From IMG/VR virus record IMGVR_UViG_3300042484_001556, positions 2,123 through 66,122 of that record: a stretch of 64,000 nucleotides of DNA; one strand, 5' to 3'. Each line of letters begins with the position of its first letter. The first letter of the stretch is position 1. This stretch comes from a virus (taxonomy: Duplodnaviria > Caudoviricetes). Of this stretch, positions 1 through 11,309 are shown piece by piece. The notes below the pieces were generated by a model. The model saw only the letters and a program-made list of their open reading frames with translations, ran no database searches and had not been told where the DNA came from. Both the position numbers and the translations under genes were made by a program.

Positions 1-1924
1 ATTAAGTCCCGCGAATGCCGCGGATGATCGTTATCGTTATTTAAATATCGAAAATGCTGAACCAAATCTAGGGTTACCCGGCGGGAATCGATATTTTTTA
101 CGTGGCGATACAAACGGTACTCGATATTGGGACACGATTGAATCTAACGCTGAGGTATCTGTTAGATATGATTATATTACTGCAAGTCCCACAAATACTT
201 TTACTAGCTCTTCGGTTAGTTTAAGGGGAGATGCGTTATCATTTAATTCCAATACAGACGTAGTATTAGTATGGGTAAATGGTGTTCTTATTTCTCCAGG
301 CGGCGGTGTTGAACTCGGAGATTATCTTTTAGGTACAAATTCAGTAACACTATATACACCTACCGATGTAGATGATATTGTTACAATTATGCCGGTATTA
401 GGTGGAGCAGCAGGACAAACCGGCCCAGCAGGCCCACCCGGCCCCCAAGGCGCAACTGGCGCAACATTACTTGTAGGTGGTCCGACTGGCGCAACTGGGC
501 TTAGAGGAGCAACCGGTGCATCAGGTGCAACCGGTCCTTCGGGTTCTACTGGGTTGGGTGCGACTGGCGCTACTGGAGATATGGGTGCAACAGGATTAAC
601 TGGTGCAACAGGCGGCGCAGGGTCAACCGGCATTGGCGCAACGGGTGCAACTGGACCCGCCGGAACAACGGGCGCAACAGGCACCGGAGGAGGCACAGGC
701 GCCACTGGCGCCACGGGTGCGCTAGGCACAACAGGTGCTACAGGATTAACTGGCGCCACGGGATTATCAGGAGCTACAGGTGTTGCTGGTGCAACAGGCG
801 CAACCGGTTCATTAGGATCAACGGGCGCAACAGGAGCAACAGGAGTTGCTGGTGCAACTGGATCAACAGGTATTCAGGGTATTCCTGGGGCAACCGGCAC
901 TGGCGCAACGGGTGTTGCGGGTGCAACCGGCGCATCAGGAGCAACAGGTGTTGCAGGAGCAACCGGTGCTGGGGCAACAGGATTAACTGGCGCTACAGGA
1001 CTGTTGGGTGCGACAGGGGCAACCGGCTTAGCCGGACCAGCTTCAACGGTAGCAGGACCACCCGGCGCAACAGGGGCAACCGGCTTAGCCGGACCAGCTT
1101 CAACGGTAGCAGGACCAACAGGATTAACTGGCGCTACAGGAATACGAGGATCTACTGGCGCAACTGGAGCTCCGGGACCCGCTTCGACGGTAGCAGGTGC
1201 CACTGGAGCAACAGGAGCCCCGCCGGATACTTCGTTGTTTGTAACAACGAATACCACTCAAACTATTAGTGGCATTAAAAGTTTTACTGCAGATGTTGCG
1301 GTAACAGGCGTAGGCAATGGATTATATGTATACTCCAGTGGAGAATTGGTTGTAGGTACTGCAACCAATCCCGGATCTCCTAATTGGAAAGCGTATTTTC
1401 TTGCAAATGGTGCGCACCCTGGTATAGCAGCAAGTACTACTACAACCGCCGGCACAGCAATGTCGTTATTTGTAACATCACCTGCAATAAATTGGATTAC
1501 GTTTGGTGATTCTGGACCATCAGGCGCCGCAGACAATGGTGCAATCTCAGATTTAGCTGGGGGAGTTCAATATTTTACTGCGGCCGGTGGAGCGTTTACA
1601 AATGCTTCAGATTATAGGCAAAAAGAAAATGTACAATTACTCTCAAATGGATTGCAATTAATTAATCAACTTAGACCAGTTACATATACTTGGATAGATA
1701 AACCTGAAATTGGAACGTATCAGGGATTTATTGCTCACGAAATACAAGAAATATTACCAAAAAGTGTGGTGGGCGATAAAGATGCTGTATATGAGGATGG
1801 TAAAGTTAAACCTCAAGCAGTAGACTATAGTAAAGTAGTCCCCGCTTTGACAGCAGCAGTAAAAGAATTATCACAAATGGTTGACGAACTTAAATTGGAA
1901 GTAGCGGCACTAAAGGCTAAGTAA
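1..1924 (+). CDS. Collagen-like (Gly-X-Thr) tail fibre with C-terminal S74-type intramolecular chaperone; 5' end lies upstream of the window
   Basis: The frame of ORF 389..1924 is open back to base 2 ([26 protein letters not shown]...). Long GAT/GXT triplet run. C-terminus has SDYRQKENV...[12 protein letters not shown]...[17 protein letters not shown]. Confidence 0.85.
   Translation, partial: LSPANAADDRYRYLNIENAEPNLGLPGGNRYFLRGDTNGTRYWDTIESNAEVSVRYDYITASPTNTFTSSSVSLRGDALSFNSNTDVVLVWVNGVLISPGGGVELGDYLLGTNSVTLYTPTDVDDIVTIMPVLGGAAGQTGPAGPPGPQGATGATLLVGGPTGATGLRGATGASGATGPSGSTGLGATGATGDMGATGLTGATGGAGSTGIGATGATGPAGTTGATGTGGGTGATGATGALGTTGATGLTGATGLSGATGVAGATGATGSLGSTGATGATGVAGATGSTGIQGIPGATGTGATGVAGATGASGATGVAGATGAGATGLTGATGLLGATGATGLAGPASTVAGPPGATGATGLAGPASTVAGPTGLTGATGIRGSTGATGAPGPASTVAGATGATGAPPDTSLFVTTNTTQTISGIKSFTADVAVTGVGNGLYVYSSGELVVGTATNPGSPNWKAYFLANGAHPGIAASTTTTAGTAMSLFVTSPAINWITFGDSGPSGAADNGAISDLAGGVQYFTAAGGAFTNASDYRQKENVQLLSNGLQLINQLRPVTYTWIDKPEIGTYQGFIAHEIQEILPKSVVGDKDAVYEDGKVKPQAVDYSKVVPALTAAVKELSQMVDELKLEVAALKAK
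1013..1117 (+). repeat. 48-bp exact direct repeat (1013-1060, 1070-1117) in the collagen region
   Basis: acaggggcaaccggcttagccggaccagcttcaacggtagcaggacca occurs twice, 57 bp apart. Confidence 0.9.
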
Positions 1925-1973
1925 TATGAGGATAAATAAGTAGTATTAGATAATAAATTTTTTGAAAGATATT

Positions 1974-3050
1974 ATGAGATTTCATATTTTAGGATTGCCG
2001 CATACAGTATCATCTAAAGAATATAATGCATGTGCTTATACACAAAAGGTAGTTAAATTTGGTAAGATGATGACCGAACGAGGTCATACTGTAATACATT
2101 ATGGACACGAAGATTCGGATTTAATTTGTTCTGAGCATGTTACTGTATTAACTAACGAAGATTTTAAAATTGCATATGGTGATCATGATTGGAGAAAAAA
2201 CTTTTTTAAGTTTGATACCAATGATTATGCGTATCAAACATTTTATAAAAACGCAATTCGTGAAGTAGAAAAAAGAAAACAAAAAAACGATTTCATTTTG
2301 CCCTTTTGGGGAAGCGGAGTTAAAGCAGTATGTGACGCTCATCATCATGATATGATTGTAGTTGAACCTGGTATAGGATATGCAGGTGGACATTGGGCTC
2401 GTTGGAAAATATTTGAGTCTTATGCTATTATGCATGCCTATTATGGTATGGAAGGCGTCGGCAATTGTCGTTCCGATTGGTATGATACAGTTATTCCAAA
2501 TTACTTTGATTCTGAAGATTTTGAATACTCCGAAGAAAAAGAAGATTATATTTTATTTCTAAGTCGAGTATATGAAGGTAAAGGTATTCATATTGCAGTA
2601 CAAGCAGCAAAGGCGGCAGGTGTTAAATTAGTTGTTGCCGGGCAAAATCCGGATAATATTCAATTTCCAGATCATGTAGAATTTGTGGGATATGCGGATA
2701 TTGCAACAAGAAAAAAATTAATGTCTAAAGCCAAAGGGCTTTTTGTTGCATCAATGTATATTGAGCCGTTTGGTGGGGTACAAGTAGAAAGTTTATTATC
2801 TGGAACGCCTACAATTACTACAGATTGGGGAGCGTTTGTTGAAAATAATCCTAATGGTGTAACTGGTTATAGATGCAGAACTTTTGCAGACTTCGTTGAA
2901 GCTATAAAAAATCTTGATAAAATAAAACCTTCGGATTGTAGAAAATTCGGCGAGAAGTTTTTATTAGAAAATGTTGCTCCTTTATATGAGAAATATTTTC
3001 AAGATGTGTTGAATGTTTATACGGGCAATGGTTGGTATCAAATGCCTTAG
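1974..3050 (+). CDS. GT-B fold glycosyltransferase (GT4/Glycos_transf_1-like)
   Basis: Motifs [35 protein letters not shown] and GVTGY. ATG at 1974 preferred over TTG at 1962. Confidence 0.85.
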   Translation: MRFHILGLPHTVSSKEYNACAYTQKVVKFGKMMTERGHTVIHYGHEDSDLICSEHVTVLTNEDFKIAYGDHDWRKNFFKFDTNDYAYQTFYKNAIREVEKRKQKNDFILPFWGSGVKAVCDAHHHDMIVVEPGIGYAGGHWARWKIFESYAIMHAYYGMEGVGNCRSDWYDTVIPNYFDSEDFEYSEEKEDYILFLSRVYEGKGIHIAVQAAKAAGVKLVVAGQNPDNIQFPDHVEFVGYADIATRKKLMSKAKGLFVASMYIEPFGGVQVESLLSGTPTITTDWGAFVENNPNGVTGYRCRTFADFVEAIKNLDKIKPSDCRKFGEKFLLENVAPLYEKYFQDVLNVYTGNGWYQMP

Positions 3051-3171
3051 TAGCATAAGATAGTTATAGTGTGAGTAGGCATAACTTCATATGAATGGAT
3101 AAACTATAATAGATGCAATAATTTGATATTCTTTTTCATGTAATACTATTTAGTATCCAAATGTGGAATAT

Positions 3172-3179
3172 TATAAATA
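3172..3179 (+). promoter_or_regulatory. T4-type late promoter TATAAATA
   Basis: Exact gp55 consensus 25 bp upstream of the structural gene at 3204. Confidence 0.75.
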
Positions 3180-3203
3180 ATAGAGAGAATTTCTGGAAAA
3201 AGA

Positions 3204-6200
3204 ATGACAAAAGCAAGAGTATTTTCACAGGGCGGCGGCGGTTCAGCGGCAAATGCCTTAGCTAATATTAGTTTGGCGGACTTATCCGCCTTTCTTACTA
3301 CTGCTAACGTACGAGAAGTATCAAATCTTTATTACTCTAATAGTAGAGTATTTGCAAATTTATCATTAACTAGTATTAATGATTTATTTGATGTTGAAAC
3401 TAGAAGCAATACTGGTAATAGTTTAGCTAGTATTGGATATGGTTTAATTTGGACGGGTAATATTTGGACACCTGGACAAGTAGCAGCAAATCTTGCAACA
3501 CTTACTACGGATGATATAGCAGAAGGTTCAAATAACCTTTATTTCTCTAACGCCTTAGCTAGAAGAGCATTCACCGCAGGTACACCATCAATTGTAATTG
3601 ATTGGAATTTAGGTACCATCTCTGCAAACTTAACTGCTCTTGCAGCTTCCGCAAATACTACCGATTCTATACCGGAAGGCGCGGTTAATTTTTACTACCG
3701 CGATTCTCGCGCATATGCTAATTTAACTTTAGCGCATTTAGGTTCATTGCGTGATGTATATGTAACAGATGAAATTTATCCTGCAGGACATCCGAATTCC
3801 GGCAACATTATAGATGCTCATCCGAACGGTGGAGCATTAGTATATAATTCTGCAGCAGCAGCTTTCTTTGTAGAAAGAATTGTACCTACTGTTTCTGATC
3901 TTGCAAATGCTTTATCTAATTTAAATACAGATGCTCTATTAGAAGGCAGTAATAACTTATATTATAAAGATAATAGAGTTGTATCTAATCTAGCAAATTT
4001 AAGTATAAATGTATTTGCTGACGTAGATACCGTTAATACTGCACCTACATTAGGATACGTATTAACGTGGACAGGATCTGCTTGGGAACCTAGAGCTTCA
4101 AATATTGGTAACGTAGGCGTAATTTCTACCGCAACTAATGCAAATTTTGCAAATCTTGCAGGTATATCGAATGTAGCTTTAGTTGCAAATCAAGCAAACA
4201 TTGCAAATTTTGCAACACTTGCTGCAGTATCAAATTCTACAGTATTTGCGGAAAGATCAAATGTCGCAAATATTTCCTTATCTACAGTATTTGCGGAAAG
4301 ATCAAATGTCGCAAATTCTACGGTATTTGCAGAAAAATCTAATGTAGCAAATTTAGTATTATCCTTATCGAATTTTACTACTACGAATTTAGCAGAAGGT
4401 AGTAATTTATATTACACTGATAGTAGAGTATTTGCTAACGTATCGCAAATGAGTATTGATGCATTGTACGACGTTAGTACAAGCATAGCAAATGTGGGTG
4501 AAGTTCTTACCTGGTCTGGCACAAATTGGTATTCGGGTGCAACGGTAGGTGCAGCACAATCTGCACAATTTGCCGAAAGATCGAATGTAGCAAATTTAGT
4601 ATTATCCTTATCAAATTTTACCACTGATAATTTAACTGAAGGTTCAAATAATTTTTATTATACCTCAAATAAGTTAGCATCAGATATTCAGGCAGCAATA
4701 TATCGTAAAGATATAGAATTAGATGATTTAATTCTAGGTGGAGATTTAACAGTACAGGGTAATACTGTATTACTTAATGTTTCTAATGTAAAAACAGAAA
4801 GTAGAACACTAACACTTGCTTTAAATTCAGGTAGTCCTTCTAGTGCAGAAGGTTCTGGGATTTACATTGATGGCGCTAATGCTAGATTTACATACGGCCA
4901 AACAGATGACGGATTTGGTCTTAATAAAAATCTAACAGTTTTAGGTAACATCTTACCTGCAATCAGCGGTGTTTATAACATAGGTTCGCCTAGCAAATTA
5001 TGGCGCGGAATATATGTTGGTGCACAGACAATTTATTTAGGCAATTTAAGTCTAAGTGAATCTGCAGGTGGCGGCATACAAATACAAGATCAATATGGAA
5101 ATCCAGCCGGTGTTGATTTAGCAAATCTTGTAAGTACACAATTTGTTACTGTAAATCGTGTAGCATCAAATTCTACTACTGAGATTAATGGGTATTTCGG
5201 CGGAAACATACAGCAGTTTACTTCCGGTCAAACTGCAAATATTTACTTTGGTGTATTAAAAGATGGTACACTAAACAAATTCGCAGGTATGCGAATTACG
5301 GAAACGAAAGATATTGGATCAAATGTAAGAAGCGACATCCATTTCTACAATGATAAAGAAGGCACGGTTGATTCTACTGCAAGATTATCTTTATTAGGTA
5401 CAGGCAATATTGTACTTAATTCAAATCTTGTTACAATTAACGGCATTCGTTTAATTGATAATTTTGGTAATTTTGTTGGTAATGCGTATCTTGGTACTAC
5501 AGATGTAGCAATCGAACGTGGCGGTACTGCGGCAAACACTAGATCGGATGCAAGACGAAATATATTTTCGGATTTTTCTAATGGTCTTGTTGCAAAAATT
5601 GGAGGAGCAACAAATACGTTGGTTGCTGTTTCTATCGCGGCAGGTACAGGTGTTTATGTAACAGACGGTGATGCCCAATCAGGCAATCCTACTATTGCAA
5701 TTGGACAAAATGTTCATCCTACTGCATCAGTTACATTTAACAATGTAACCGTAGATGGTACATTAAATAGTAATGATATTACTGCGACAACTATTACTGC
5801 ATCGGGTGATTTAATTGTTTCGGGGAATTTGACTGTTCGCGGTAACGTAACAACAGTAAATTCAACAACCGTATCAATTAATGATAAAAACATTGTTCTT
5901 GCCAATAATGCAATAAATGCGGCAGAAGCAGATGGCGGCGGCATTACAATAAATGGTGCCAATGCAACATTCACATATTCAAATACCGGCGATAAGTTTG
6001 TAGTTAATAAGAATTTAGATGTTGCTGGAAATATTTCTAGTGTATATTCTATCTCTGCAGATAATATACAATTATCGGGCGATAAAATAACTGTGTTATC
6101 TGCGGTTGACGGCTCGCCTTCTTCTAATGCAAGTTTTATTATTAACCGAGGAAGTAGCACAGACGTAAGTTTAAAATGGGATGAAAGTATTGATAGATGG

Positions 6201-6773
6201 CAGTTTACTAACGATGGAACTGCGTTTTATAATATTCCTAAGCCTGAAGAATATGATAATGTAACATATAATATTTCTATACAGACTGGCACCATTCCAA
6301 CAAATGGCGCAAATTTAAAATTAGTTGGAAGCAAATCTGGTAATGTTGTATCTACAGATGTTATTGAAATTGTAGGCGATAGTTTAATTAATGTTACTAG
6401 ATCTACTGATGATAAGATACTTATCAGTGCAAGTGCCGGTACAAAGATATTAGAAAATATTGATAACTCTGGGGATTTTGTATTAGATTTATTTGGTAGT
6501 GCAGTGTATAGATCTGCCAAATATCTTTATACCGCAAAAACCACAGCATATTTAAGCGGTGGCCCTCATTTTGCATCTGGAGAAATTTTAGTTATGCACG
6601 ATGGCGCCAATGCATATATTACTCAATATGCTATGTTAAGTTCATCTGCTGATGATATTGTTACAGTAACAACCGACATAAATAATAGTAATGTAAGATT
6701 ATTAGCTAGAGCTACTTTAGGTGGCACATTAGCAACCGTTCGCCTAACAGGCATAACTTATACTGAAATATAA
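3204..6773 (+). CDS. Large tail fibre / virion structural protein
   Basis: Repeats of TTxxLxEGxNLYYTxxR, a DKNIVLA...DGGGITI segment and a C-terminal YRSAKY...EILVMHDG domain, typical of T4-like fibre proteins. Confidence 0.7.
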   Translation: MTKARVFSQGGGGSAANALANISLADLSAFLTTANVREVSNLYYSNSRVFANLSLTSINDLFDVETRSNTGNSLASIGYGLIWTGNIWTPGQVAANLATLTTDDIAEGSNNLYFSNALARRAFTAGTPSIVIDWNLGTISANLTALAASANTTDSIPEGAVNFYYRDSRAYANLTLAHLGSLRDVYVTDEIYPAGHPNSGNIIDAHPNGGALVYNSAAAAFFVERIVPTVSDLANALSNLNTDALLEGSNNLYYKDNRVVSNLANLSINVFADVDTVNTAPTLGYVLTWTGSAWEPRASNIGNVGVISTATNANFANLAGISNVALVANQANIANFATLAAVSNSTVFAERSNVANISLSTVFAERSNVANSTVFAEKSNVANLVLSLSNFTTTNLAEGSNLYYTDSRVFANVSQMSIDALYDVSTSIANVGEVLTWSGTNWYSGATVGAAQSAQFAERSNVANLVLSLSNFTTDNLTEGSNNFYYTSNKLASDIQAAIYRKDIELDDLILGGDLTVQGNTVLLNVSNVKTESRTLTLALNSGSPSSAEGSGIYIDGANARFTYGQTDDGFGLNKNLTVLGNILPAISGVYNIGSPSKLWRGIYVGAQTIYLGNLSLSESAGGGIQIQDQYGNPAGVDLANLVSTQFVTVNRVASNSTTEINGYFGGNIQQFTSGQTANIYFGVLKDGTLNKFAGMRITETKDIGSNVRSDIHFYNDKEGTVDSTARLSLLGTGNIVLNSNLVTINGIRLIDNFGNFVGNAYLGTTDVAIERGGTAANTRSDARRNIFSDFSNGLVAKIGGATNTLVAVSIAAGTGVYVTDGDAQSGNPTIAIGQNVHPTASVTFNNVTVDGTLNSNDITATTITASGDLIVSGNLTVRGNVTTVNSTTVSINDKNIVLANNAINAAEADGGGITINGANATFTYSNTGDKFVVNKNLDVAGNISSVYSISADNIQLSGDKITVLSAVDGSPSSNASFIINRGSSTDVSLKWDESIDRWQFTNDGTAFYNIPKPEEYDNVTYNISIQTGTIPTNGANLKLVGSKSGNVVSTDVIEIVGDSLINVTRSTDDKILISASAGTKILENIDNSGDFVLDLFGSAVYRSAKYLYTAKTTAYLSGGPHFASGEILVMHDGANAYITQYAMLSSSADDIVTVTTDINNSNVRLLARATLGGTLATVRLTGITYTEI

Positions 6774-6775
6774 TA

Positions 6776-9700
6776 ATGCAAGATTTTAGAGTAAAATCAG
6801 GACTACAAGTTTCCGGAAATATTTACGGAATTAATTACCTTACTGCCGGTAATATTACTGTTACCTATAGCGGATCGTTTGGTAATTTAACAGTAGGTGG
6901 GCAATTAGTTGCAAATGTTACAGGCACGGTAAGTTCTTTAAATAATTTTACTACGGCAAATTTAGCTGAGGGCACTAATCTTTATTATAGAGATAGCAGA
7001 GCATATGCAAATTTAACATTAGCAAGTATCGATGCTCTTTCAGATGTAAACACGGTAACCGTAACTCCTTTAATGGGATATGGGTTAATTTGGAATGGTT
7101 CAGAGTGGGCACCTAATGTAATTACTGTTTCTGATATTGCATTAGCTAATGTTGCCAATAGTGTTTTAGGTATAGTACAACAATCTATTGCGTCTTTTCA
7201 GGCAAACACTGCTAAGTTTGCGGAATCCGCAACTACTGCGAATGTAGCAAATTCTTCTGTATTTGCCACGACTGCTAATGTAGCAAATACTGTTTTAACA
7301 TTAGATAACTTTACTACAAGTGATCTAAGTGAAGGTAATAACTTATATTTTACTTCGCAACGGGCAATTGGTGCATTAGCGGGAAATAATGTCACTGTTA
7401 ATAATTTAACAGTGTCTGGCGATTTAGAAGTACAAGGTAATACGGTAACAATTAATACCGCAACACTAACGATTGAAGATAAAAATATTGTACTTGCGAA
7501 TGGAGCAACAAATGCTTCACAAGCAAATGGCGCCGGCATTACTATTGCAGGTGCGAATGCGGAGATTAAATACATATCATCAACAGACACTTTATTAATT
7601 AATAAAGCGTTAGATATCACTGATATTACTTTAGCTGCAAATACCGAAACAACCGGAGCATTACAGGTTGCCGGTGGTGCATATATTGCGGGCAATTTAA
7701 TTGTTGGTGGAGACATATATGTTCATGATGAACCGGTTGTAACTTTAAATCCGTTAAATCAAAGTATTGCATTATTACGATCCTATATGGATCAACCAGT
7801 GGGAAATGTATTATATGTCACCGGCAACGGTAACGATAATAATAGTGGTCATTCTTTCGCTAACGCATTAGCGAATATCCATACTGCGTTAAATAGAGCG
7901 CAACCATGGACTACCGTTTTTGTTAAAAGTGGAGATTATCTTTTATATGAGCAACCAGTCACCATTAAGAATCGCGTTGGTCTGGTTGGCGATAATTTAC
8001 GAACAACCACAATACGACCCGCTGAACGAACTAAGGATATGTTCTATGTGAACAATGCATCTTATGTAACGGGTATTACATTTAGAGATCATTTAAGTCC
8101 TTCGGCAGTATTTTCATATAATCCGGACGGATCGGCAGGATTTATTAGTACAAGCCCATATATTCAAAATTCTTCATCTATTACAACTACCGGAACAGGT
8201 ATGCGAGTAGATGGCAATTATGTTTCAGGGCTTCGCTCGATGGTGTGCGATTCTTATACCAATACGAATGAGGGTGGTATTGGTATCCACATGCTTAATA
8301 GAGGATATACGCAATTAGTATCGGTATTTACTATTTGCTGCGATATTGCAATTTTATGTGAAAATGGCGGATTTTGTTCCATTACTAATTCAAATGCATC
8401 GTTTGGTAGGCTTGGTCTACTTGCAAGAGGAGTTAGTAGCCCATTAAACTTTGGTAAATATGCAGAATCGTTTGAAACAGATGAGGGTACTCAATATCTA
8501 ATCACAAATTTAAATTCTCGTCCAAATTATGGCGATGTTATTTTATTTGCAAACTACGATCAGGCAAAATGCAGCAGAGATACCGGATTAATTATTGATT
8601 CTCTTGCTTTCGATTTAGCATACCAAAGTAATACGCAGTCCGCATTTGCGGGATTGCAATATTGGTCTCAATCTTCGTCAGCTATTCCGAATCAATCGGA
8701 AGAAACAATTGCTGCATTTAATTATGCAAAAGATTTATCTACAAATGTTGCCGCAAATATTAATATAACTGCTCCTAGACAAGGAAATGTAAATCAAACA
8801 TTTGGCAATGCTGGAGCATGGGTTACCAGAATTTCTGATGGATTTGATTTAGTTGCAAATGTTATTACCGGAGGAACAGTAGGTATAACGGATAGAATTA
8901 TTCCGAATACATTTCCGGCAAATACAAATGTAGCTGTCAATAATGCAGCAAATTTAGTTATTGCTAATAAAGAATTTATTCAGAAAGAAGTCATAGCATT
9001 TGTTAATCAAGAATATCCAGGATTTTTTGCGAATGCAACAAACTTTATTGATGCAGCAAATGCAATTACAAAATGCGAAAGAGACACCGGTTATCTAATA
9101 GATAGTATAATATTTGACTTCTTACATAACGGTAATCGGCAGGCAATAACATCGGGTGTATATTATTATACTAATGATTTCAATTCTACACAAATTGAAG
9201 ACCAAGTTGTACAAACAACTGCAGCATATGATTTCATTGGCACTATTATTGATGACATTGTTAGAAATAAAAAGGTTGCTGCGTATAATCAAGAAAAATG
9301 TGAAAGAGATACTAAGTTAATTGTAGATTCTATTGCTTTTGATTTAGGATATACTAGTAATACGCAATCTAATTTTGCTGGATTGCAATATTGGGCGCAA
9401 ACTTCTTCTGCTATTCCGAATCAATCGGAAGAAACAGTGGCAGCAATTGCCCATGTCAAAGTATTAGCTGCAAATATTGCACAGAATATTACAATAGCTT
9501 CACCAAAACAAGCGAACGTTTTACAAGTTTCTGGCACAGGTGGTACTGTTAATGAATCAAATATAATTACTAATAATTTTAATTTAGTTATTGATATCAT
9601 TAATAATGGCACAGTCGGAATTAGTGATAGAATTATTTCAAATAAATTTCCTGCAAATACAAATGTAGCTGTTAATAATGCTGCAAATCTCGTATTGTTG

Positions 9701-10960
9701 AATAGATCATTTATTCAAGCAGAAACTATTGCATATGTTAACCAAACATATCCAGGATTTTTTGCAAATGCAAATAACTTTATTGATGTAGCGAATGCAC
9801 AAACCAAATGCGCTAGAGATGTTGGTTATATTTTAGATAGTACCATATTTGATTTGCGTCACGATGGTAACCGTCAATCGGTTCAATCCGGTGTATTTTA
9901 TTATAATTTTAGTACAGCAAATACTCAAATTAACGAACAAATTGTGCAAACAGGCGCAGCATATAACTTTATCGGAACTATAATCGATGAAATTGTACGA
10001 GGAATTCCTGTTGCAAATGTTAGACAAAACGTATTTGTACAAAATACTACAGCAGCATCTGCCGCAACTCTAGCGGAAGCAAATATTGCACTACAAAAAA
10101 TTAGTTTAATTACTAATATTATAACAAATGGGCCCAATGTTGCGTTAGCTAAAATTTCAATTGATGCGAATGTGGCAACAATATCTACAAATGTTTCAAA
10201 TGCAGTTAAATTAATACTTGCGAATAAAGATTTTATTGCTGCAGAAACAATTGAGTTTGTAAATGCAACCTTATTTGATCCGCCTTACCAATCAGTATAT
10301 ACGCAAGATACTACGTCATATCCGGCGGCAAGTTTGGCTGAAGCAAATGTTGTACTACAAAAGATTGATCTAATTACAGATATTATAACTTTAGGTGCAA
10401 ATGCTGCCCCAGTTAAAAGCCCAATTTCTTATAGTACTTTAAGTACAAGTTCAAATGTTATTAATGCTGCTAAAATAATTTTAGCAAATAGAGATTATAT
10501 TGTTGCTGAAGTAAATGGATATATTAATAGAAATTGGGCAAATATTAGTAATGGTACAGTTGCGTTTTATACTGTAGCAAATAGTACTCCGATGGTTTCA
10601 AATACATCGTTGGTTACTCTTTTAGAGGGCGCCACAGATACTGTAATATTGGCAAATTCTTCAGTAAGTTTCCATCAACCTAGTTATATTTCTGCTCTAG
10701 GATATACATTTGAATATATTGGGTCAGGAACAAATATACAAACGGCATTGCCTTATAATGGCGGTTTTCCTATTCAGGAAAATGAAGTTACTGAGGAAAA
10801 GGGCGGTAGAGTATATTTTACAAGTACAGACCAACAAGGTGACTTTAGAATTGGTACAGAATTGGTATTTAATCGAGTAGATGGTACAATTTCTGGCAGG
10901 ACATTTAACAAGGCATTGTTTGCAGTTATGACACCATATATATTAGCAATCGAAGGATAA
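6776..10960 (+). CDS. Large virion structural protein (baseplate/fibre-associated)
   Basis: N-terminal DFRVKSGL, a beta-helix-like segment (VLYVTGNGND...GDNLRTT), four KCxRDxxxIxDS repeats and a C-terminal GRVYFTSTDQQGDFRIG. Confidence 0.7.
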   Translation: MQDFRVKSGLQVSGNIYGINYLTAGNITVTYSGSFGNLTVGGQLVANVTGTVSSLNNFTTANLAEGTNLYYRDSRAYANLTLASIDALSDVNTVTVTPLMGYGLIWNGSEWAPNVITVSDIALANVANSVLGIVQQSIASFQANTAKFAESATTANVANSSVFATTANVANTVLTLDNFTTSDLSEGNNLYFTSQRAIGALAGNNVTVNNLTVSGDLEVQGNTVTINTATLTIEDKNIVLANGATNASQANGAGITIAGANAEIKYISSTDTLLINKALDITDITLAANTETTGALQVAGGAYIAGNLIVGGDIYVHDEPVVTLNPLNQSIALLRSYMDQPVGNVLYVTGNGNDNNSGHSFANALANIHTALNRAQPWTTVFVKSGDYLLYEQPVTIKNRVGLVGDNLRTTTIRPAERTKDMFYVNNASYVTGITFRDHLSPSAVFSYNPDGSAGFISTSPYIQNSSSITTTGTGMRVDGNYVSGLRSMVCDSYTNTNEGGIGIHMLNRGYTQLVSVFTICCDIAILCENGGFCSITNSNASFGRLGLLARGVSSPLNFGKYAESFETDEGTQYLITNLNSRPNYGDVILFANYDQAKCSRDTGLIIDSLAFDLAYQSNTQSAFAGLQYWSQSSSAIPNQSEETIAAFNYAKDLSTNVAANINITAPRQGNVNQTFGNAGAWVTRISDGFDLVANVITGGTVGITDRIIPNTFPANTNVAVNNAANLVIANKEFIQKEVIAFVNQEYPGFFANATNFIDAANAITKCERDTGYLIDSIIFDFLHNGNRQAITSGVYYYTNDFNSTQIEDQVVQTTAAYDFIGTIIDDIVRNKKVAAYNQEKCERDTKLIVDSIAFDLGYTSNTQSNFAGLQYWAQTSSAIPNQSEETVAAIAHVKVLAANIAQNITIASPKQANVLQVSGTGGTVNESNIITNNFNLVIDIINNGTVGISDRIISNKFPANTNVAVNNAANLVLLNRSFIQAETIAYVNQTYPGFFANANNFIDVANAQTKCARDVGYILDSTIFDLRHDGNRQSVQSGVFYYNFSTANTQINEQIVQTGAAYNFIGTIIDEIVRGIPVANVRQNVFVQNTTAASAATLAEANIALQKISLITNIITNGPNVALAKISIDANVATISTNVSNAVKLILANKDFIAAETIEFVNATLFDPPYQSVYTQDTTSYPAASLAEANVVLQKIDLITDIITLGANAAPVKSPISYSTLSTSSNVINAAKIILANRDYIVAEVNGYINRNWANISNGTVAFYTVANSTPMVSNTSLVTLLEGATDTVILANSSVSFHQPSYISALGYTFEYIGSGTNIQTALPYNGGFPIQENEVTEEKGGRVYFTSTDQQGDFRIGTELVFNRVDGTISGRTFNKALFAVMTPYILAIEG

Positions 10961-10967
10961 AATAAAA

Positions 10968-11309
10968 ATGGCAACCGCATTAAACGTATTTAAAACAGTA
11001 ACCGCAGATATTACCACTGAAGATAAAATTCTTTATACTGCCCCATCTAGAAAAACTTCTATTTTCTTATCGGTACAGGCAGCAAATTTAAACAATACTA
11101 CGGTACAGATATCTTTTTACCATGGATCCACTGCTAATGTAAAAACTGCTCTTGCTAAAGATTTCAAAATCCCAGGCAACGACTCTATGGCTATTATTAG
11201 TGCTGGTTCTAAATTGGTTTTAGAAACTGGGCAAAAGGTATATGCAAGTGCTAGCGCAAATAATGCAGTTCAATTATTAATGAGTGTCTTAGAATCAGCA
11301 AATGACTAA
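10968..11309 (+). CDS. ~110-aa beta-rich fibre adaptor-like protein (copy 1)
   Basis: Pattern LYTAP...SVQAAN...IPGNDS...KLVLETG is shared with 24326, 27135 and 47625. Confidence 0.6.
   Translation: MATALNVFKTVTADITTEDKILYTAPSRKTSIFLSVQAANLNNTTVQISFYHGSTANVKTALAKDFKIPGNDSMAIISAGSKLVLETGQKVYASASANNAVQLLMSVLESAND

Noticed and set aside
322-1536. Pro/Val/Ala-rich minus-strand ORFs (also 30670-32253 and those opposite the Gly-rich genes)
   Set aside because: They are antisense shadows of Gly-X-Thr and poly-Gly codons, with no RBS or promoter support.
3104-3153. Minus-strand mini-ORF (MKKNIKLLHLL) behind a CTAAATA motif
   Set aside because: Only 11 codons in very AT-rich DNA, indistinguishable from chance.
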